From an uncultured Gammaproteobacteria bacterium (lineage in GTDB: Bacteria > Patescibacteriota > Microgenomatia > 2-02-FULL-39-11), in contig CAZJBV010000002.1 in NCBI GenBank assembly GCA_964544585.1, forward strand, positions 67,468 through 131,467: a DNA stretch of 64,000 bases, read 5' to 3'. A program made the translations under genes and the position numbers. The notes beneath the pieces were generated by a model. That model was not told the origin of the DNA. It saw only the letters and a list, made by a program, of their open reading frames with translations, and did no database searches. Below are positions 1 through 11,204 of this stretch, one piece after another. Numbering within the stretch: the first letter of the stretch is position 1; each line of letters opens with the position of its first letter.

Positions 1-1
1 A

Positions 2-628
2 GCTCAAAGGTCCAAAAACACAATTTTAGTCTACAGCTCAACCGGCTCAGTTTATGGAGAGCCTCAATACCAACCACAAGACGAAAATCATCCACAAGAG
101 CCGGTTTCACCTTATGGGATCACAAAACTTGCCGCCGAAAAAATGGTCCTCTTGTGGCACAAAATATACAAAGTAAAATCAGTTGCGCTCCGCTATTACA
201 ATGTCTACGGACCACGTCAAAATTACGGTCCCACTGGCGGCATAATCTCGATCTTTATAAGTCGGCTCTTGAAAGAATTACCTCCTGTAATCGAAGGAAC
301 GGGAAATCAAGCGAGGTGTTTTACGTTTATTACAGACGTAGTCCGCGCCAATATACTTGCAGCCGAAAAAAAAGACGCGCTTGGAAATGCTTTAAATATT
401 GGTACCACAGAAGTAACTACAATCAATAAACTTGCCTCTCTAATACTAAAATTTTTTCATAAAAACATAAAACCGGTCTATGCTAAAAAAAGATTGGGAG
501 ACATCGATGAATTCAGACCTTCGCTTAGGAAAGCCCAAAAAATATTAGGCTACAAACCACAAGTCAAACTTAAAGACGGATTAAAACAAACAATTCAGTG
601 GATCACAAAAAATGAGAATGCCAAATAA
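2..628 (+). CDS. NAD-dependent epimerase/dehydratase (extended SDR), 5'-truncated by the window edge
   Basis: Frame is open from position 2, upstream of the listed ORF at 143. It reads YSSTGSVYG...SPYGITK (YxxxK), then LRYYNVYGPRQ and RCFTFITDV. Confidence 0.88.
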   Translation, partial: AQRSKNTILVYSSTGSVYGEPQYQPQDENHPQEPVSPYGITKLAAEKMVLLWHKIYKVKSVALRYYNVYGPRQNYGPTGGIISIFISRLLKELPPVIEGTGNQARCFTFITDVVRANILAAEKKDALGNALNIGTTEVTTINKLASLILKFFHKNIKPVYAKKRLGDIDEFRPSLRKAQKILGYKPQVKLKDGLKQTIQWITKNENAK

Positions 629-1325
629 AAATAAATTATCAATAGTTATCCCTGTCCATAATGAAGAAAAAATTCTTAAAAAAAGTTTGTCTTATCTTAT
701 CAGCAATCTAAAAAAAATAAATCTTTCATATGAACTTATCATCGTCGAAAATGGAAGTACAGACAAATCAAAAGAAATAATCAACGGATTTGCTAAAAAA
801 AATAAAAACATCCGCTATATCTCTTTATCATTCCCAAGTTACGGAAACGCAATTCTCCTCGGATATAAATTGGCCAATAATGAAATTGTCTGCAATTTTT
901 CTGTAGACTGGATAGATATCGAATTCTTAAAAAAAGCCTTGAAGTTAATACCAAAGTTTGATTTAGTCGTTGCCACCAAAAATGCATTTCAAAGCCAGGA
1001 TAAGCGTCCATCAATAAGACATATAGGAGGAAAAATTTATCACATAATGGTCCGCCTACTTTTCGGATTACCCATTTCCGATACTCACGGTATCAAAGTA
1101 TTCAAAAGATTAAAAATTCTTCCCATCGTCAAAATTTGCGGAAACGAAAGCGAGACTTTTGATACAGAATTAGTAGTTAGAGTATACAAAAATGGTTTGG
1201 CTATTACCGAGGTGCCGGTATTAATAAGAGAAATGCGTCCAACAAGGGTCAAAGTACTTTCTCGGGGAATCAAAGGATTTCTTCAGCTTATAAACCTTAA
1301 ATTTAAAATCAGCGCTTTGCTGTAA
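612..1325 (+). CDS. GT2 glycosyltransferase, polyprenol-phosphate sugar synthase (DPM1-like)
   Basis: SIVIPVHNEE, IVENGSTD, DTHGIKVF, FDTELV motifs. Confidence 0.8.
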   Translation: MRMPNKNKLSIVIPVHNEEKILKKSLSYLISNLKKINLSYELIIVENGSTDKSKEIINGFAKKNKNIRYISLSFPSYGNAILLGYKLANNEIVCNFSVDWIDIEFLKKALKLIPKFDLVVATKNAFQSQDKRPSIRHIGGKIYHIMVRLLFGLPISDTHGIKVFKRLKILPIVKICGNESETFDTELVVRVYKNGLAITEVPVLIREMRPTRVKVLSRGIKGFLQLINLKFKISALL

Positions 1326-1367
1326 CTAAAGTATTGCCTTATAATGTCTCCTAAAAGGGAATAAAAA

Positions 1368-2357
1368 ATGAAAAAAGCGCACCTAGCAGTAATCGGTGTC
1401 GGAACTATGGGAATAAACCATGTCAGAATCCTGTCCCAGTCCGATCGTTGTGAATTGGTTTGCGTTGCTGACGTATCGAATGATCTCTTAAAAAAGGTAT
1501 CAGCTCAGTATAAAGTAAAAGGATATTCCGATTATCTCCAAATGGTCGACGATGAAAAACTGGACGCGGTCATAGTAGCCGTTCCCACAAAACTCCATTT
1601 TCAGGTAGGAAGTGACATTATAAACAAAAAAATTTCTCTTCTCATCGAAAAACCTCTAGCCGCAACCGTCTCCGAATGTAAAAAACTCATTTCCATGGCT
1701 AAAGAGAAAAATGTTCTCCTCGGAGTGGGCCACGTAGAGAGATTTAACCCCGTCATCAAGGAAGTTAAAAAGCGCATGGCTGAAAATATTTTAGGAAAAA
1801 TATTTCAGATTGCCATAAGAAGAATTGGTCCATTTCCCCAAAGAGTAACTGATGTTGGCGTAGTTTTAGACTTAGCCACACACGACATTGATATCATGAT
1901 ATATCTGATAGGTGACAAAATAATTCGTGCCTATTCAGAATCAAATAGACTCATTCATTCAAAACATGAAGATTTATCTGCTAGCCTTTTTCGCTTTAAT
2001 AATGGAATTATCGGCGTCTTGGTTGAGAACTGGCTAAGCCCAACCAAAATAAGAGATTTATCTCTAAGCGGCGAAAAGGGGATGCTCATAGCAGATTTTA
2101 TTACCCAGGATTTATTTTTTTACGAAAACAACTACACCCCAAGTACATGGGGAAGCCTAGAAGTTTTTCGTGGCATGGCCGAAGGAAATATGACTCGCTT
2201 TTATATAAAAAAGGAAGAACCATTGAAAGTGGAACTTAATGCATTTCTAGACGCCGTTCTCTTAAATAAAAAGTTCATGGTCACAGACGAAGAAGGTCTT
2301 GAAGTTGTCCGGATATCAGAACACTTAATCCGCAAATCCAAAAGAGACCGACTATAA
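1368..2357 (+). CDS. Gfo/Idh/MocA oxidoreductase (WlbA/WbpB-like NDP-sugar 3-dehydrogenase)
   Basis: GVGTMG, IEKPLA, GHVERFNP, DLATHDID motifs. Confidence 0.85.
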   Translation: MKKAHLAVIGVGTMGINHVRILSQSDRCELVCVADVSNDLLKKVSAQYKVKGYSDYLQMVDDEKLDAVIVAVPTKLHFQVGSDIINKKISLLIEKPLAATVSECKKLISMAKEKNVLLGVGHVERFNPVIKEVKKRMAENILGKIFQIAIRRIGPFPQRVTDVGVVLDLATHDIDIMIYLIGDKIIRAYSESNRLIHSKHEDLSASLFRFNNGIIGVLVENWLSPTKIRDLSLSGEKGMLIADFITQDLFFYENNYTPSTWGSLEVFRGMAEGNMTRFYIKKEEPLKVELNAFLDAVLLNKKFMVTDEEGLEVVRISEHLIRKSKRDRL

Positions 2358-4018
2358 TGCAGACGAAGATTCGTAATCCACTTATTGCCACAGCAATTAT
2401 TATATTCATCCTCTTTGGAATTTCATTTATATCAGTGAAAAGTTACTACACCCAAGGTTTACCATATTATGATTCGATCGGCGCATATTGGAACATGTTT
2501 TCAATTATGAACATTACTAGATCCCAGGGATTTATAGCAGGTATAAATCAAGCCACTTTATATCCTCTCTCTTGGTTACAGTCCTTTTTTGCTGTTTTAG
2601 CAGCATTCTTTTTAGAAAAAAATCCACAACAATTAATAATTCTCAATTTTATCTGTCTTTTTATCCTCATTTTTTCATTACATAAAGTAACAAAAAGCCT
2701 TCAATTATCCAATTTTCAATCTTACCTAATTTTCCTCATCCCTCTTATACCAGCATCACTCTTCTGGTGGAAGGGGGGTTATATTGATTTAAGAAGAGAT
2801 GCGAGCTTTGTTACCCTTTTAGCTGCATCATATTTCTTTTTATCCTCATTTCTCTTCAAGCCAAAAGTATCGTCTGGATTAATCTGTGGGATTGTCTTAG
2901 GTCTAACGCAATGGTCACGGGGAAATGCTTTACCTCAAATTATTTTAACAGCGCTTACCGTTTATGGTACGTATTTTACTGATAAAAATATAAGAGCAAA
3001 TTGGCGCGATGTAGTTTCTAAAAGTTCTTTTATTATATTTTCATTCGCTACCCTTGCCATTCCCTTTTATTTATATAATATAGAAATTATTATCCTTCAG
3101 TATAGTAATAATTGGGCGATAAACGGAGATAGAATACGCTCTTTTATTGATTTTCTACCTGCCGGATTAGTATTTATGCTAGGGTATACCTCAAAGGAAA
3201 TTATAATAAGTTTTCTATTTTTCAGCTTAATACTATTCATATTTTTCTATCTTTTTTATAAAAAGAAAGTCACTTTCAATAATAATATTTTTAAACAAAA
3301 ATATTCATTCTATTTTAAATCGGGAGTTCTCTTATATTTATTGATATTTTTCTTTAATGTATTTGTTGTGGGTATTATGAAAAATCTTGGAGACCATCAG
3401 GCATATTTACCATTTTTTCCCTTAATTATAGGCTTATATTCTATATTAGTTTTCCTTGTCGCTAGCATGAAGTTTAAAAAAGCTCAGGAATCACATATTT
3501 TTAAAGTACTACTTATTCTTTCAATGATATTTATAGTAGCAACTACAATTCGCATAAAAGCAAATAAACCTCCCACTGATAAACAGCTTCACGATCAAGC
3601 AAAGCAAATAGTGAGAGATATAGGTAAAGATCTAGGCGGTAGGACGGTCGCCTACCTTTGGCTCGAAGATATAAATGTCCATACCCTAAATTTTTATTTA
3701 ACCCAAAGAGGATTTGAACCTATAAGGACATCATCAAGAATAAGCAAGAATGTAGATATCGAAAATCCCCCCGTCTCTTACATATCAATTGCCGACCAAC
3801 AAAAAGAATTTGCCGAAGGGTTACGCACCAAAGATTTTATAGTCTTTGCCCAAAATACATCTTTATACGAAAATAAAAACGCCTTTTTCTCCATGTTCGT
3901 CTTCGGAAAACCCGTCTTAGATGAGTTGCTGGTTGATGATAATTTTGCCAAATATCATACTTTCACTATTCGAGATACTCCCTTCATAGTTCTGAAAAAT
4001 CAAATAGAAAGAAAATAA
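2357..4018 (+). CDS. Multi-pass membrane protein, GT-C-like glycosyltransferase
   Basis: About 12 hydrophobic segments, YD motif after TM1, soluble C-terminal domain, glycan-locus context. Confidence 0.55.
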   Translation: MQTKIRNPLIATAIIIFILFGISFISVKSYYTQGLPYYDSIGAYWNMFSIMNITRSQGFIAGINQATLYPLSWLQSFFAVLAAFFLEKNPQQLIILNFICLFILIFSLHKVTKSLQLSNFQSYLIFLIPLIPASLFWWKGGYIDLRRDASFVTLLAASYFFLSSFLFKPKVSSGLICGIVLGLTQWSRGNALPQIILTALTVYGTYFTDKNIRANWRDVVSKSSFIIFSFATLAIPFYLYNIEIIILQYSNNWAINGDRIRSFIDFLPAGLVFMLGYTSKEIIISFLFFSLILFIFFYLFYKKKVTFNNNIFKQKYSFYFKSGVLLYLLIFFFNVFVVGIMKNLGDHQAYLPFFPLIIGLYSILVFLVASMKFKKAQESHIFKVLLILSMIFIVATTIRIKANKPPTDKQLHDQAKQIVRDIGKDLGGRTVAYLWLEDINVHTLNFYLTQRGFEPIRTSSRISKNVDIENPPVSYISIADQQKEFAEGLRTKDFIVFAQNTSLYENKNAFFSMFVFGKPVLDELLVDDNFAKYHTFTIRDTPFIVLKNQIERK

Positions 4019-5986
4019 TTACAATACTTTTTTTAAATACAAAGATGGATAGTAATACTCTGTGGTTTTCGGTGACCAAAATTTTTTATATAAGATGCCT
4101 TTATATTTGATTTCATCATCTTTAGTTCTCGATGAAACTATAATACAAGGATCAAAATCTTTATAAGAGTCTTTACTCGAAAATATTGAAGAGACGTTTT
4201 GAACTAATATATGTTCTATTCTATAGTTTTGCTTTTTGTGATTCAGTAAAAGCCAATAAAGATATTCAGGATCATCGCCCCAGACAAATAGACCAATATG
4301 TTTACACCGAGTTAAAGAGATTTCCTTTACCGTATCATTATAAATTTGTTTTAGATTTCTCATTTGGTTAAAGTATTGATCTGAACGATCAAATTTAGAA
4401 AATCCAAAATAGAGAAGAGATCGATCTTGATTATTGATTATATAAGGAAGAGAAGTAATCATGAGTATCGAAAGCAGAACTAAATATATTTTTTTTGGCA
4501 TCAAATAAAGAGTTATACCAATTGGGACTGATGACATTATAAAAAAGGGAAGGTGAAGGCGACTATGCCAGGGTTGCCACTTAAGATAAAAAGAAAAAAG
4601 AAGAAAACCTGTGGCTGTAGCAAAAATATATCCAAAAAATAAGAACCGCCTAGTCCTTTTAATATGCTTCACTGTTGGCAAAATCAAAATAATACTTATA
4701 ACAAAAAGAAATATATGTATAAAATTCCCTGCAGTTCCATCAGATGCCCCTATGGAAGATACAATATTTTGATATCCGAAAGTAGTATTACTCCAAGTAA
4801 TTCGCTTATCATTGGTATTTATTCCCATGAAACGATGTGTCTCAAGTACTGAGTGGTAAAAGAAGTCGTTTAGAAAATTACTCTGTGTTCCTAAATGAAG
4901 GCTAGTATTACGAAGTAGATTAGATATAAGAAATCTTATATCATGAGTTTCATTCGTATAACGAAGATTATCGTTTGAAAACTCTCTATTCGGTCCAAAA
5001 GGATTTGAAAAGGTTTTGAAATTACGTATATAAAAAAAAGAATTTATACAAATTACAACGATAATTAAAAAAATAACGAACAAGAATGCCTTAAATTTAA
5101 TTTTTTTGAATGAGCAAATACCAAATAAAACAATATAAGGAGTCAAAAAAAGATAGGCAGTCGGTTTCGTCAAAATAGCTAATCCGAGACTACATCCAGC
5201 CAACAATAGATAAAAAAAACTATAGTCACGTAATGATTGCCAAGAAAAGAACAAAGAACAGACAAGCCAGGCTGATAATATATAGTCATTATTTGTTCCA
5301 GTTGATTGAAGAATACCCATTGGAAGCGTAATAAGAATAAAGCCTGATATCAACTGGGCATTTCTGTCAGAAATAAAAAATTTAGTAATAAGTGAAATGC
5401 CGATGAGAGAAATAACCATGCCAAGCCATTGAGGAAGATTAAAAAATCTATCAGATGCAGATAAGATATAAAAATGAAGTAATAAGTATTCTGACCATGG
5501 ACTAGTATATAATTGACGCAAAATATGAGTGGGATAAAATTCAACAGTATGATTTTGAATCCAGTGCGTAATTTTCGGTAAATGATAAGAAATGACGTCT
5601 CCCGTATTCGGAGGATAACTGAGGGCGAGAAAAAGAGTAACTAATAAAACAAATAGTATAAAAGCAAAAATGATGATTTCAAATGGTGATTTAATGACTG
5701 AAAAATATAGAGATTTGATTTTATTGAAAAGAATCACTCTCAAAAATTTAATACGTGAGTGTTGTCGATTAGAAATGTAAATTAGGATTAAAATAACCGA
5801 TAACCAAAACAAGAGTATACTTTTAAATTCTAACAAACGAATCAAACTGAGAAGTTCTGTAATTATTGTTAAAATTATTCCGAAGAAAACTACAGATATA
5901 AGAACAGACTGTCGAATACCAAATTTCGCTTGATAGATGATTCGAAAGAGTAAAACAAATATAATTAACAAAAGTAAAAGTGCCAT
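4019..5986 (-). CDS. GT-C (ArnT/PMT-like) membrane glycosyltransferase
   Basis: PPNTGDVISYHLP, GLAILTKPT, KWQPWHSRLHLP motifs; many TM segments. Confidence 0.7.
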   Translation of the reverse strand: MALLLLLIIFVLLFRIIYQAKFGIRQSVLISVVFFGIILTIITELLSLIRLLEFKSILLFWLSVILILIYISNRQHSRIKFLRVILFNKIKSLYFSVIKSPFEIIIFAFILFVLLVTLFLALSYPPNTGDVISYHLPKITHWIQNHTVEFYPTHILRQLYTSPWSEYLLLHFYILSASDRFFNLPQWLGMVISLIGISLITKFFISDRNAQLISGFILITLPMGILQSTGTNNDYILSAWLVCSLFFSWQSLRDYSFFYLLLAGCSLGLAILTKPTAYLFLTPYIVLFGICSFKKIKFKAFLFVIFLIIVVICINSFFYIRNFKTFSNPFGPNREFSNDNLRYTNETHDIRFLISNLLRNTSLHLGTQSNFLNDFFYHSVLETHRFMGINTNDKRITWSNTTFGYQNIVSSIGASDGTAGNFIHIFLFVISIILILPTVKHIKRTRRFLFFGYIFATATGFLLFSFYLKWQPWHSRLHLPFFIMSSVPIGITLYLMPKKIYLVLLSILMITSLPYIINNQDRSLLYFGFSKFDRSDQYFNQMRNLKQIYNDTVKEISLTRCKHIGLFVWGDDPEYLYWLLLNHKKQNYRIEHILVQNVSSIFSSKDSYKDFDPCIIVSSRTKDDEIKYKGILYKKFWSPKTTEYYYPSLYLKKVL

Positions 5987-6034
5987 AAAATATATGCTAT
6001 CTAATATTAAGAAAATTAATTGAAGTATAAAATA

Positions 6035-8566
6035 ATGCAGAGAATTTTAATAGCAACATCTACAGGAGGACATAAAGTAGTAATCGAACTGGAAAGATTA
6101 CTTGCTGTTGCCCTAAAAGAACGTAAGGCAGACGTGCATTTGCTTTTATGTGATAAATTCTTGCCTGCATGTCTTATGGCAGCGGCTCAAGATTTCAAAG
6201 ATCAAAAAGAATATGCAGACTATGGTCCCAGAAAATCATTGTGCGATAGCTGCTACAAATATGGTCTTAGTAAATATGAAAATCTTGGATTGCCCATACA
6301 TCGTTATAGTGAGTTAACCACAGAGAGCGAAAATCAGCAATCGTATAAATTAGCATCCTCCTTACCTGTAGACAAAATCACCAATTTTATGAAAAATGAA
6401 GTAAAAATAGGAGAACACACTACAGCAGGAACTCTAAGATATTTTGCCAAAGGAGACTTAGCAGGCGAAGAATACGGAGAAAAGATTCTTCGGCGATATT
6501 TTCATGCGGGACTTCTTACATATTATGCCATTGAACGTCTAATAAAGATGGTTGATTTTGACGTCACTGTTTTCCATCATGGAATATATATTCCACAGGG
6601 TATTATTGGAGAAGTCTTAAGAAAGAATAAAATAAGAGTCGTAAATTGGAATCCGGCATACAGAAAACGTTGCTTCATATTTAGCCATAACGATACATAC
6701 CACCATACACTTTTAAGTGAACCTACAAATAAATGGGAAAGTATGCGCTGGACTAGAAAAATGGATTCACAGCTAACGGATTACCTCAAAAGTAGACTTG
6801 TAGGAACCAAAGACTGGATTTGGTTTCATGAAAACCCACTTTTTGAAGTCAATGTAATTGAGAAAGAATTAGGTATAGATTTCAAAAAACCCACAATCGG
6901 ACTTCTAACCAACGTCATGTGGGATGCCCAGTTGCACTATAAGTCCAATGCGTTTAAAAACATGATGGAGTGGTTAGTAGCAACAATCAAATATTTTAAA
7001 GAGAGGAAAGACCTCCAACTCGTTATAAGAGTACATCCAGCGGAAGTCAGAGGTACATTACCTTCCCGACAGAAAGTTGGAGACGAATTAAACAGACACT
7101 TTCCCAAACTTCCTCCTAATATTTTTATTATTCCCCCAGAGAGTAATATCAGTACCTATCCTGTAATTTACAACTGCAATGCAGTTTTGATTTATGGGAC
7201 AAAAACAGGTGTTGAATTGACAAGTATGGGAATACCAGTCATCGTCGCCGGAGAAGCATGGATTAGAAATAAAGGCATTACCTACGATGCAAAGAGCCCT
7301 AAAGACTATATAAAAATATTGGCCAAACTACCGTATAAAGCAAAAATGTCAAAGAGTAAAATTTTGAGAGCCAAAAAATATGCTTACCATTTTTTCTTTA
7401 GACGGATGATTCCTTTGACATCAATCGAGGAGAAAGTTGAATGGCCCCATTTTTTAGCTAATATAAGCACGAAGAAGAATTTGCTATACGGCAAAGACAA
7501 GGGCTTAGACACCATCTGTAATGGCATATTGAAAGGAACCGATTTTATATATAAAGCAGAGGAAGAAAAAGATTCTATTTATAAGTCAGGACTACCTAAG
7601 TTAAAAGCTTTTGCGCTTTCTTATCATTTAGATAAAAGTAAATCACACGAGGTGTTAGTGAAAGAACCTTTATCTAAGTATTGCCAGATTTTATTTGAAT
7701 CATCTGATGACCGAAATACTAAACCAAAGTATATAAACAAATCTTTTCTTTCCAGACCGATCATTTTTCACCAAAGGCCACCCCCTTCTGAATTTTTAGA
7801 GCAGGAAAACCTTAAACTTGTATGGATCCCCATGTGGGACCATATTAAAGATTACCCTAATTCTTGGTGGAATAGTTTGCCGAAAAATCTAAGAATAATA
7901 GCTTTCTCAGAAAAAGTATACGAGAAGGCAACCAAGTTTAATATACCATCGCTGCGTGTAAAGTATTATTTAAACCCTCATATAACCCAAAAAGCTTCAT
8001 GGGATCAAGGAAGAATACTTTTCTATTGGAATAGAGTTGGCCTCTTTAATAAAGCGTTTCTGGAAAGATTGTGCCGGGAAATTGCTATCACAAAACTTAT
8101 TTTTCAAAAGGAGATAGATCCTGGAATAAATAGTTATGCATATTTTAATTTGCCATCTAAATTTGGAAAGACTAAAGTAGAAATAATCTCCCGGCATTTA
8201 CCGAAGGAAAAGTATCACCAAAAACTCGAGGAAGCAAATATCTATCTTGCCCCAAGACCGATAGAAGGAGTAGGATTAACTTATCTTGAGGCTCTAGCAC
8301 GTGGGGCAGCAGTCTTAAGCATTGATGCCCCTAGCATGAATGAATATATCACCCATAAAAAAAATGGCTATTTTTTTAAAATAAAACAAAAAAGATGGTG
8401 GAATACTAGAAAAGCTACAGAAATAAATACGAATCAAAATTGGGCAGAATTAAGAAACTTAGATTATGAATCGCTGGGTTTGAACGGACTACATGAACAT
8501 GAAATTGGATTTGAGAGTTGGGTCAAAGATATTCCGAAATATTATAAATTCATTACAGACTGGTAA
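6035..8566 (+). CDS. Fusion of a capsule-biosynthesis (KpsS-like) domain and a C-terminal GT-B/GT4-like domain
   Basis: N part has LLTNVMWDA, IRVHPAE, YGTKTGVEL, PVIVAG; C part has APRPIEGVGLTYLEALARG. ATG at 6035 preferred over TTG at 6020. Confidence 0.7.
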   Translation: MQRILIATSTGGHKVVIELERLLAVALKERKADVHLLLCDKFLPACLMAAAQDFKDQKEYADYGPRKSLCDSCYKYGLSKYENLGLPIHRYSELTTESENQQSYKLASSLPVDKITNFMKNEVKIGEHTTAGTLRYFAKGDLAGEEYGEKILRRYFHAGLLTYYAIERLIKMVDFDVTVFHHGIYIPQGIIGEVLRKNKIRVVNWNPAYRKRCFIFSHNDTYHHTLLSEPTNKWESMRWTRKMDSQLTDYLKSRLVGTKDWIWFHENPLFEVNVIEKELGIDFKKPTIGLLTNVMWDAQLHYKSNAFKNMMEWLVATIKYFKERKDLQLVIRVHPAEVRGTLPSRQKVGDELNRHFPKLPPNIFIIPPESNISTYPVIYNCNAVLIYGTKTGVELTSMGIPVIVAGEAWIRNKGITYDAKSPKDYIKILAKLPYKAKMSKSKILRAKKYAYHFFFRRMIPLTSIEEKVEWPHFLANISTKKNLLYGKDKGLDTICNGILKGTDFIYKAEEEKDSIYKSGLPKLKAFALSYHLDKSKSHEVLVKEPLSKYCQILFESSDDRNTKPKYINKSFLSRPIIFHQRPPPSEFLEQENLKLVWIPMWDHIKDYPNSWWNSLPKNLRIIAFSEKVYEKATKFNIPSLRVKYYLNPHITQKASWDQGRILFYWNRVGLFNKAFLERLCREIAITKLIFQKEIDPGINSYAYFNLPSKFGKTKVEIISRHLPKEKYHQKLEEANIYLAPRPIEGVGLTYLEALARGAAVLSIDAPSMNEYITHKKNGYFFKIKQKRWWNTRKATEINTNQNWAELRNLDYESLGLNGLHEHEIGFESWVKDIPKYYKFITDW

Positions 8567-9535
8567 ATGATAATTCAAAATCCAAATTTAAGTATCATTG
8601 TTACATCCAGAAATGATAATCACGATAATACGCTTCTCAAAAGAATGAGAATTTTTTATACAAATTTACTCTATCAACTGGAAAAATATAAGCTTCCGGG
8701 AGAATTAATTATTGTGGAATGGAATCCTCCACGAAACAAACCCCCGCTTGCTATGGTTTTACCAAAGATAGAGAAAAATCCATATGCAAAAGTAAAAATA
8801 ATTACAGTACCTAACTCCATCCATAAACGATTTCCGAATTCTAAAGTACTTGGACTTTATCAATTTATTGCTAAAAATGTTGGAATCAGAAGAGCAAAGG
8901 GCAAATTTATTCTGGTAACCAACATAGATATATTATTTTCAAGTAAAGTCATAGAATATCTAAACAAAAAAAAGCTAGATAGAGGTATTTTATTGCGATC
9001 AATCAGATTTGATATTCCGGCAAATATCAATGAAAAATGGCCAGTTTCTCAAAGGCTACAATTTTGTGAAAAAAATGCATTCAATGCATATCGGCCAAAT
9101 AATGACTCATCCATAATTAATTTTATTAGAAGGACTATTAATAATAGAGTATCGGAAGGAATATTCACGAATGCATGCGGTGATTTTACATTACTTTCGA
9201 AGGAAGCTTGGTTCTCACTTCGGGGTTATCCGGAATTTCCTTTGCACGGCGTAAAAATTGATGGATTATTGGTATATCAAGCATTCTTTGCTGGTAGCAA
9301 TCAGTTTATACTTCCAGAAAACGCATGTATCTACCACATAGAGCACGAAAATAGCTGGTCAAGTGACAAAAGTATAACTTTACAAGATAAACTGAGAAAA
9401 AAAGATATTCCTTTTCTGACATCAGAGAAATACAGAAATTACATCGAAAAAATGAGAAGAGGGAAGGGGAAATTTCTTTTTAATGATAATACTTGGGGGT
9501 TGAAGGATGAAAATTTAGTAGAATTAATACTCTAA
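8567..9535 (+). CDS. GT-A/GT2-like glycosyltransferase
   Basis: SIIVTSRND, AKNVGIRRAKG, TNIDI, GDFTLL motifs. Confidence 0.6.
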   Translation: MIIQNPNLSIIVTSRNDNHDNTLLKRMRIFYTNLLYQLEKYKLPGELIIVEWNPPRNKPPLAMVLPKIEKNPYAKVKIITVPNSIHKRFPNSKVLGLYQFIAKNVGIRRAKGKFILVTNIDILFSSKVIEYLNKKKLDRGILLRSIRFDIPANINEKWPVSQRLQFCEKNAFNAYRPNNDSSIINFIRRTINNRVSEGIFTNACGDFTLLSKEAWFSLRGYPEFPLHGVKIDGLLVYQAFFAGSNQFILPENACIYHIEHENSWSSDKSITLQDKLRKKDIPFLTSEKYRNYIEKMRRGKGKFLFNDNTWGLKDENLVELIL

Positions 9536-9543
9536 TTATTCCA

Positions 9544-10242
9544 ATGATAAATATTAAAAATTTCTTGCCTTTAAGTAAAAATAAAATACCCACGTTAGAT
9601 CAAGAATTATGGCTAAAACAACAGGAAATTAAAACTTTTATCGATATAGGGGCGTATGTAGGAGAATACGTTGATTATGCCTACAGATTATATCCGAAAG
9701 CAAATATTTATGCTTTTGAACCTCTCCTTGATAGTTACAATTTATTAGTCAAGAAGAAAAATTACATAAAAAATCTTTATACATATAATATAGCTCTGGG
9801 AAATAAGAAATATAAAAGCACATTTTATCGAAGTTCATATGCCCCTTCCTCCTCAATCTTACAAATGGGCATATCTCATAAGAAAAACTTTCCCCATACT
9901 GCAAACCTAAAAAAAGAATACGTAAAAGTAGACACGTTAGATAATGTATTCAGGAAGGAAGAACTAAAGACAAAAATTTTTGTTAAGATTGATACGCAAG
10001 GTTATGAAGATAGGGTAATAAAAGGAGGGGAAAAAACATTAAAAAGAACTGCAATCATCCAAACGGAAGTAAGCTTCGTCCTTCTGTATAAAGGACAAAA
10101 ATTGTTTGGTGATATTTATAATTTACTTGCAAATTTAGGCTTTATTTTCTGTGGTTATCGCAATCAAATTTTATCTCCCAAGAATGGGAAACCTCTCCAG
10201 GCCCATGTTTATTTTATAAATCCTTTAAGACTAAAATTATGA
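9544..10242 (+). CDS. FkbM family methyltransferase
   Basis: IDIGAYVG, YAFEP, KIDTQGYE motifs. Confidence 0.88.
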   Translation: MINIKNFLPLSKNKIPTLDQELWLKQQEIKTFIDIGAYVGEYVDYAYRLYPKANIYAFEPLLDSYNLLVKKKNYIKNLYTYNIALGNKKYKSTFYRSSYAPSSSILQMGISHKKNFPHTANLKKEYVKVDTLDNVFRKEELKTKIFVKIDTQGYEDRVIKGGEKTLKRTAIIQTEVSFVLLYKGQKLFGDIYNLLANLGFIFCGYRNQILSPKNGKPLQAHVYFINPLRLKL

Positions 10243-11204
10243 AAGATTTCACTATAGCGTTATGCACCTGCAACCGCTTATCGCTTCTAAAAAAATGTTT
10301 AAAAAGCATTATGGCAGATATTTCTCTCGAACAAATTGTAGTTTTGGATGCTGGCTCTATAGACGGTTCAGTTGAATTTCTAAGACGTCATCATAAAAAG
10401 GTCAAACTGGTACAATATCCGAAAATTGGACAAGCAAAAAGCCTCAATCGATTCTTCAAAACAGTTAGATCCAAATATGCTTGCTGGGTTAGTGATGATA
10501 ATATTATCAAAAAAGGAATGCTCAAAAAGGCAGAGAGAATCCTAGATGAAAATCCCCATATAGGTATGGTCGGATTGAAAGTCAAAGACGTCACTGGACC
10601 ATATAGAGACGAAGAATATATCGGAGGCATTTCCCAGGCTGGTATATTAAATGTAAATCAAGGTATGTTTCGCATGAACATTGCCCGAAAAGTGGGTTTT
10701 TTTGATGAAAAATTTCCAGATTATGGAATGGATGTAGATTTAACCACAAAAATTTTATTGGCTGGTCACAAAGTAGTCTATACAAAAAATATCGCCATAT
10801 TGCATTACCGCGATTACCATCAATATCCAGGGGCATTTGAGTTGGAAGATAGAAAAAAAAGATCCTTATTATCACACAAAATTTATGCTCGGAAATATCC
10901 AGTATTATGCAGAAAATATCGGCAAACAACTCTACTATATTACAGAACATATCTATTATTGCGATCGATAATCGTCATTCCGTTGCAATTAATCTATTCT
11001 TTTATATCCATCCCTTTGAGTAAAACAAGATTTATTTTTCTTCTTATCAATGCAAGGAGAAGGATAATCGATTTGAAAAATAGATATTTTGGTACAAAAC
11101 GAGATTGGAACAATATACTCCGCGGAAGATTTATCTCATACCTAGATCTCTGGTATAATCGGAACCGCGACTTTTACTTGGTTCAAAAAATAAAAAATCA
11201 TTGA
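10239..11204 (+). CDS. GT2 glycosyltransferase
   Basis: IALCTCNR, VLDAGSIDGS, SDD, GFFDEKF...DVD motifs. Confidence 0.82.
   Translation: MKDFTIALCTCNRLSLLKKCLKSIMADISLEQIVVLDAGSIDGSVEFLRRHHKKVKLVQYPKIGQAKSLNRFFKTVRSKYACWVSDDNIIKKGMLKKAERILDENPHIGMVGLKVKDVTGPYRDEEYIGGISQAGILNVNQGMFRMNIARKVGFFDEKFPDYGMDVDLTTKILLAGHKVVYTKNIAILHYRDYHQYPGAFELEDRKKRSLLSHKIYARKYPVLCRKYRQTTLLYYRTYLLLRSIIVIPLQLIYSFISIPLSKTRFIFLLINARRRIIDLKNRYFGTKRDWNNILRGRFISYLDLWYNRNRDFYLVQKIKNH

Noticed and set aside
4016-4021. Convergent stop codons abutting with no gap or terminator
   Set aside because: Common in compact genomes; no further structure seen.
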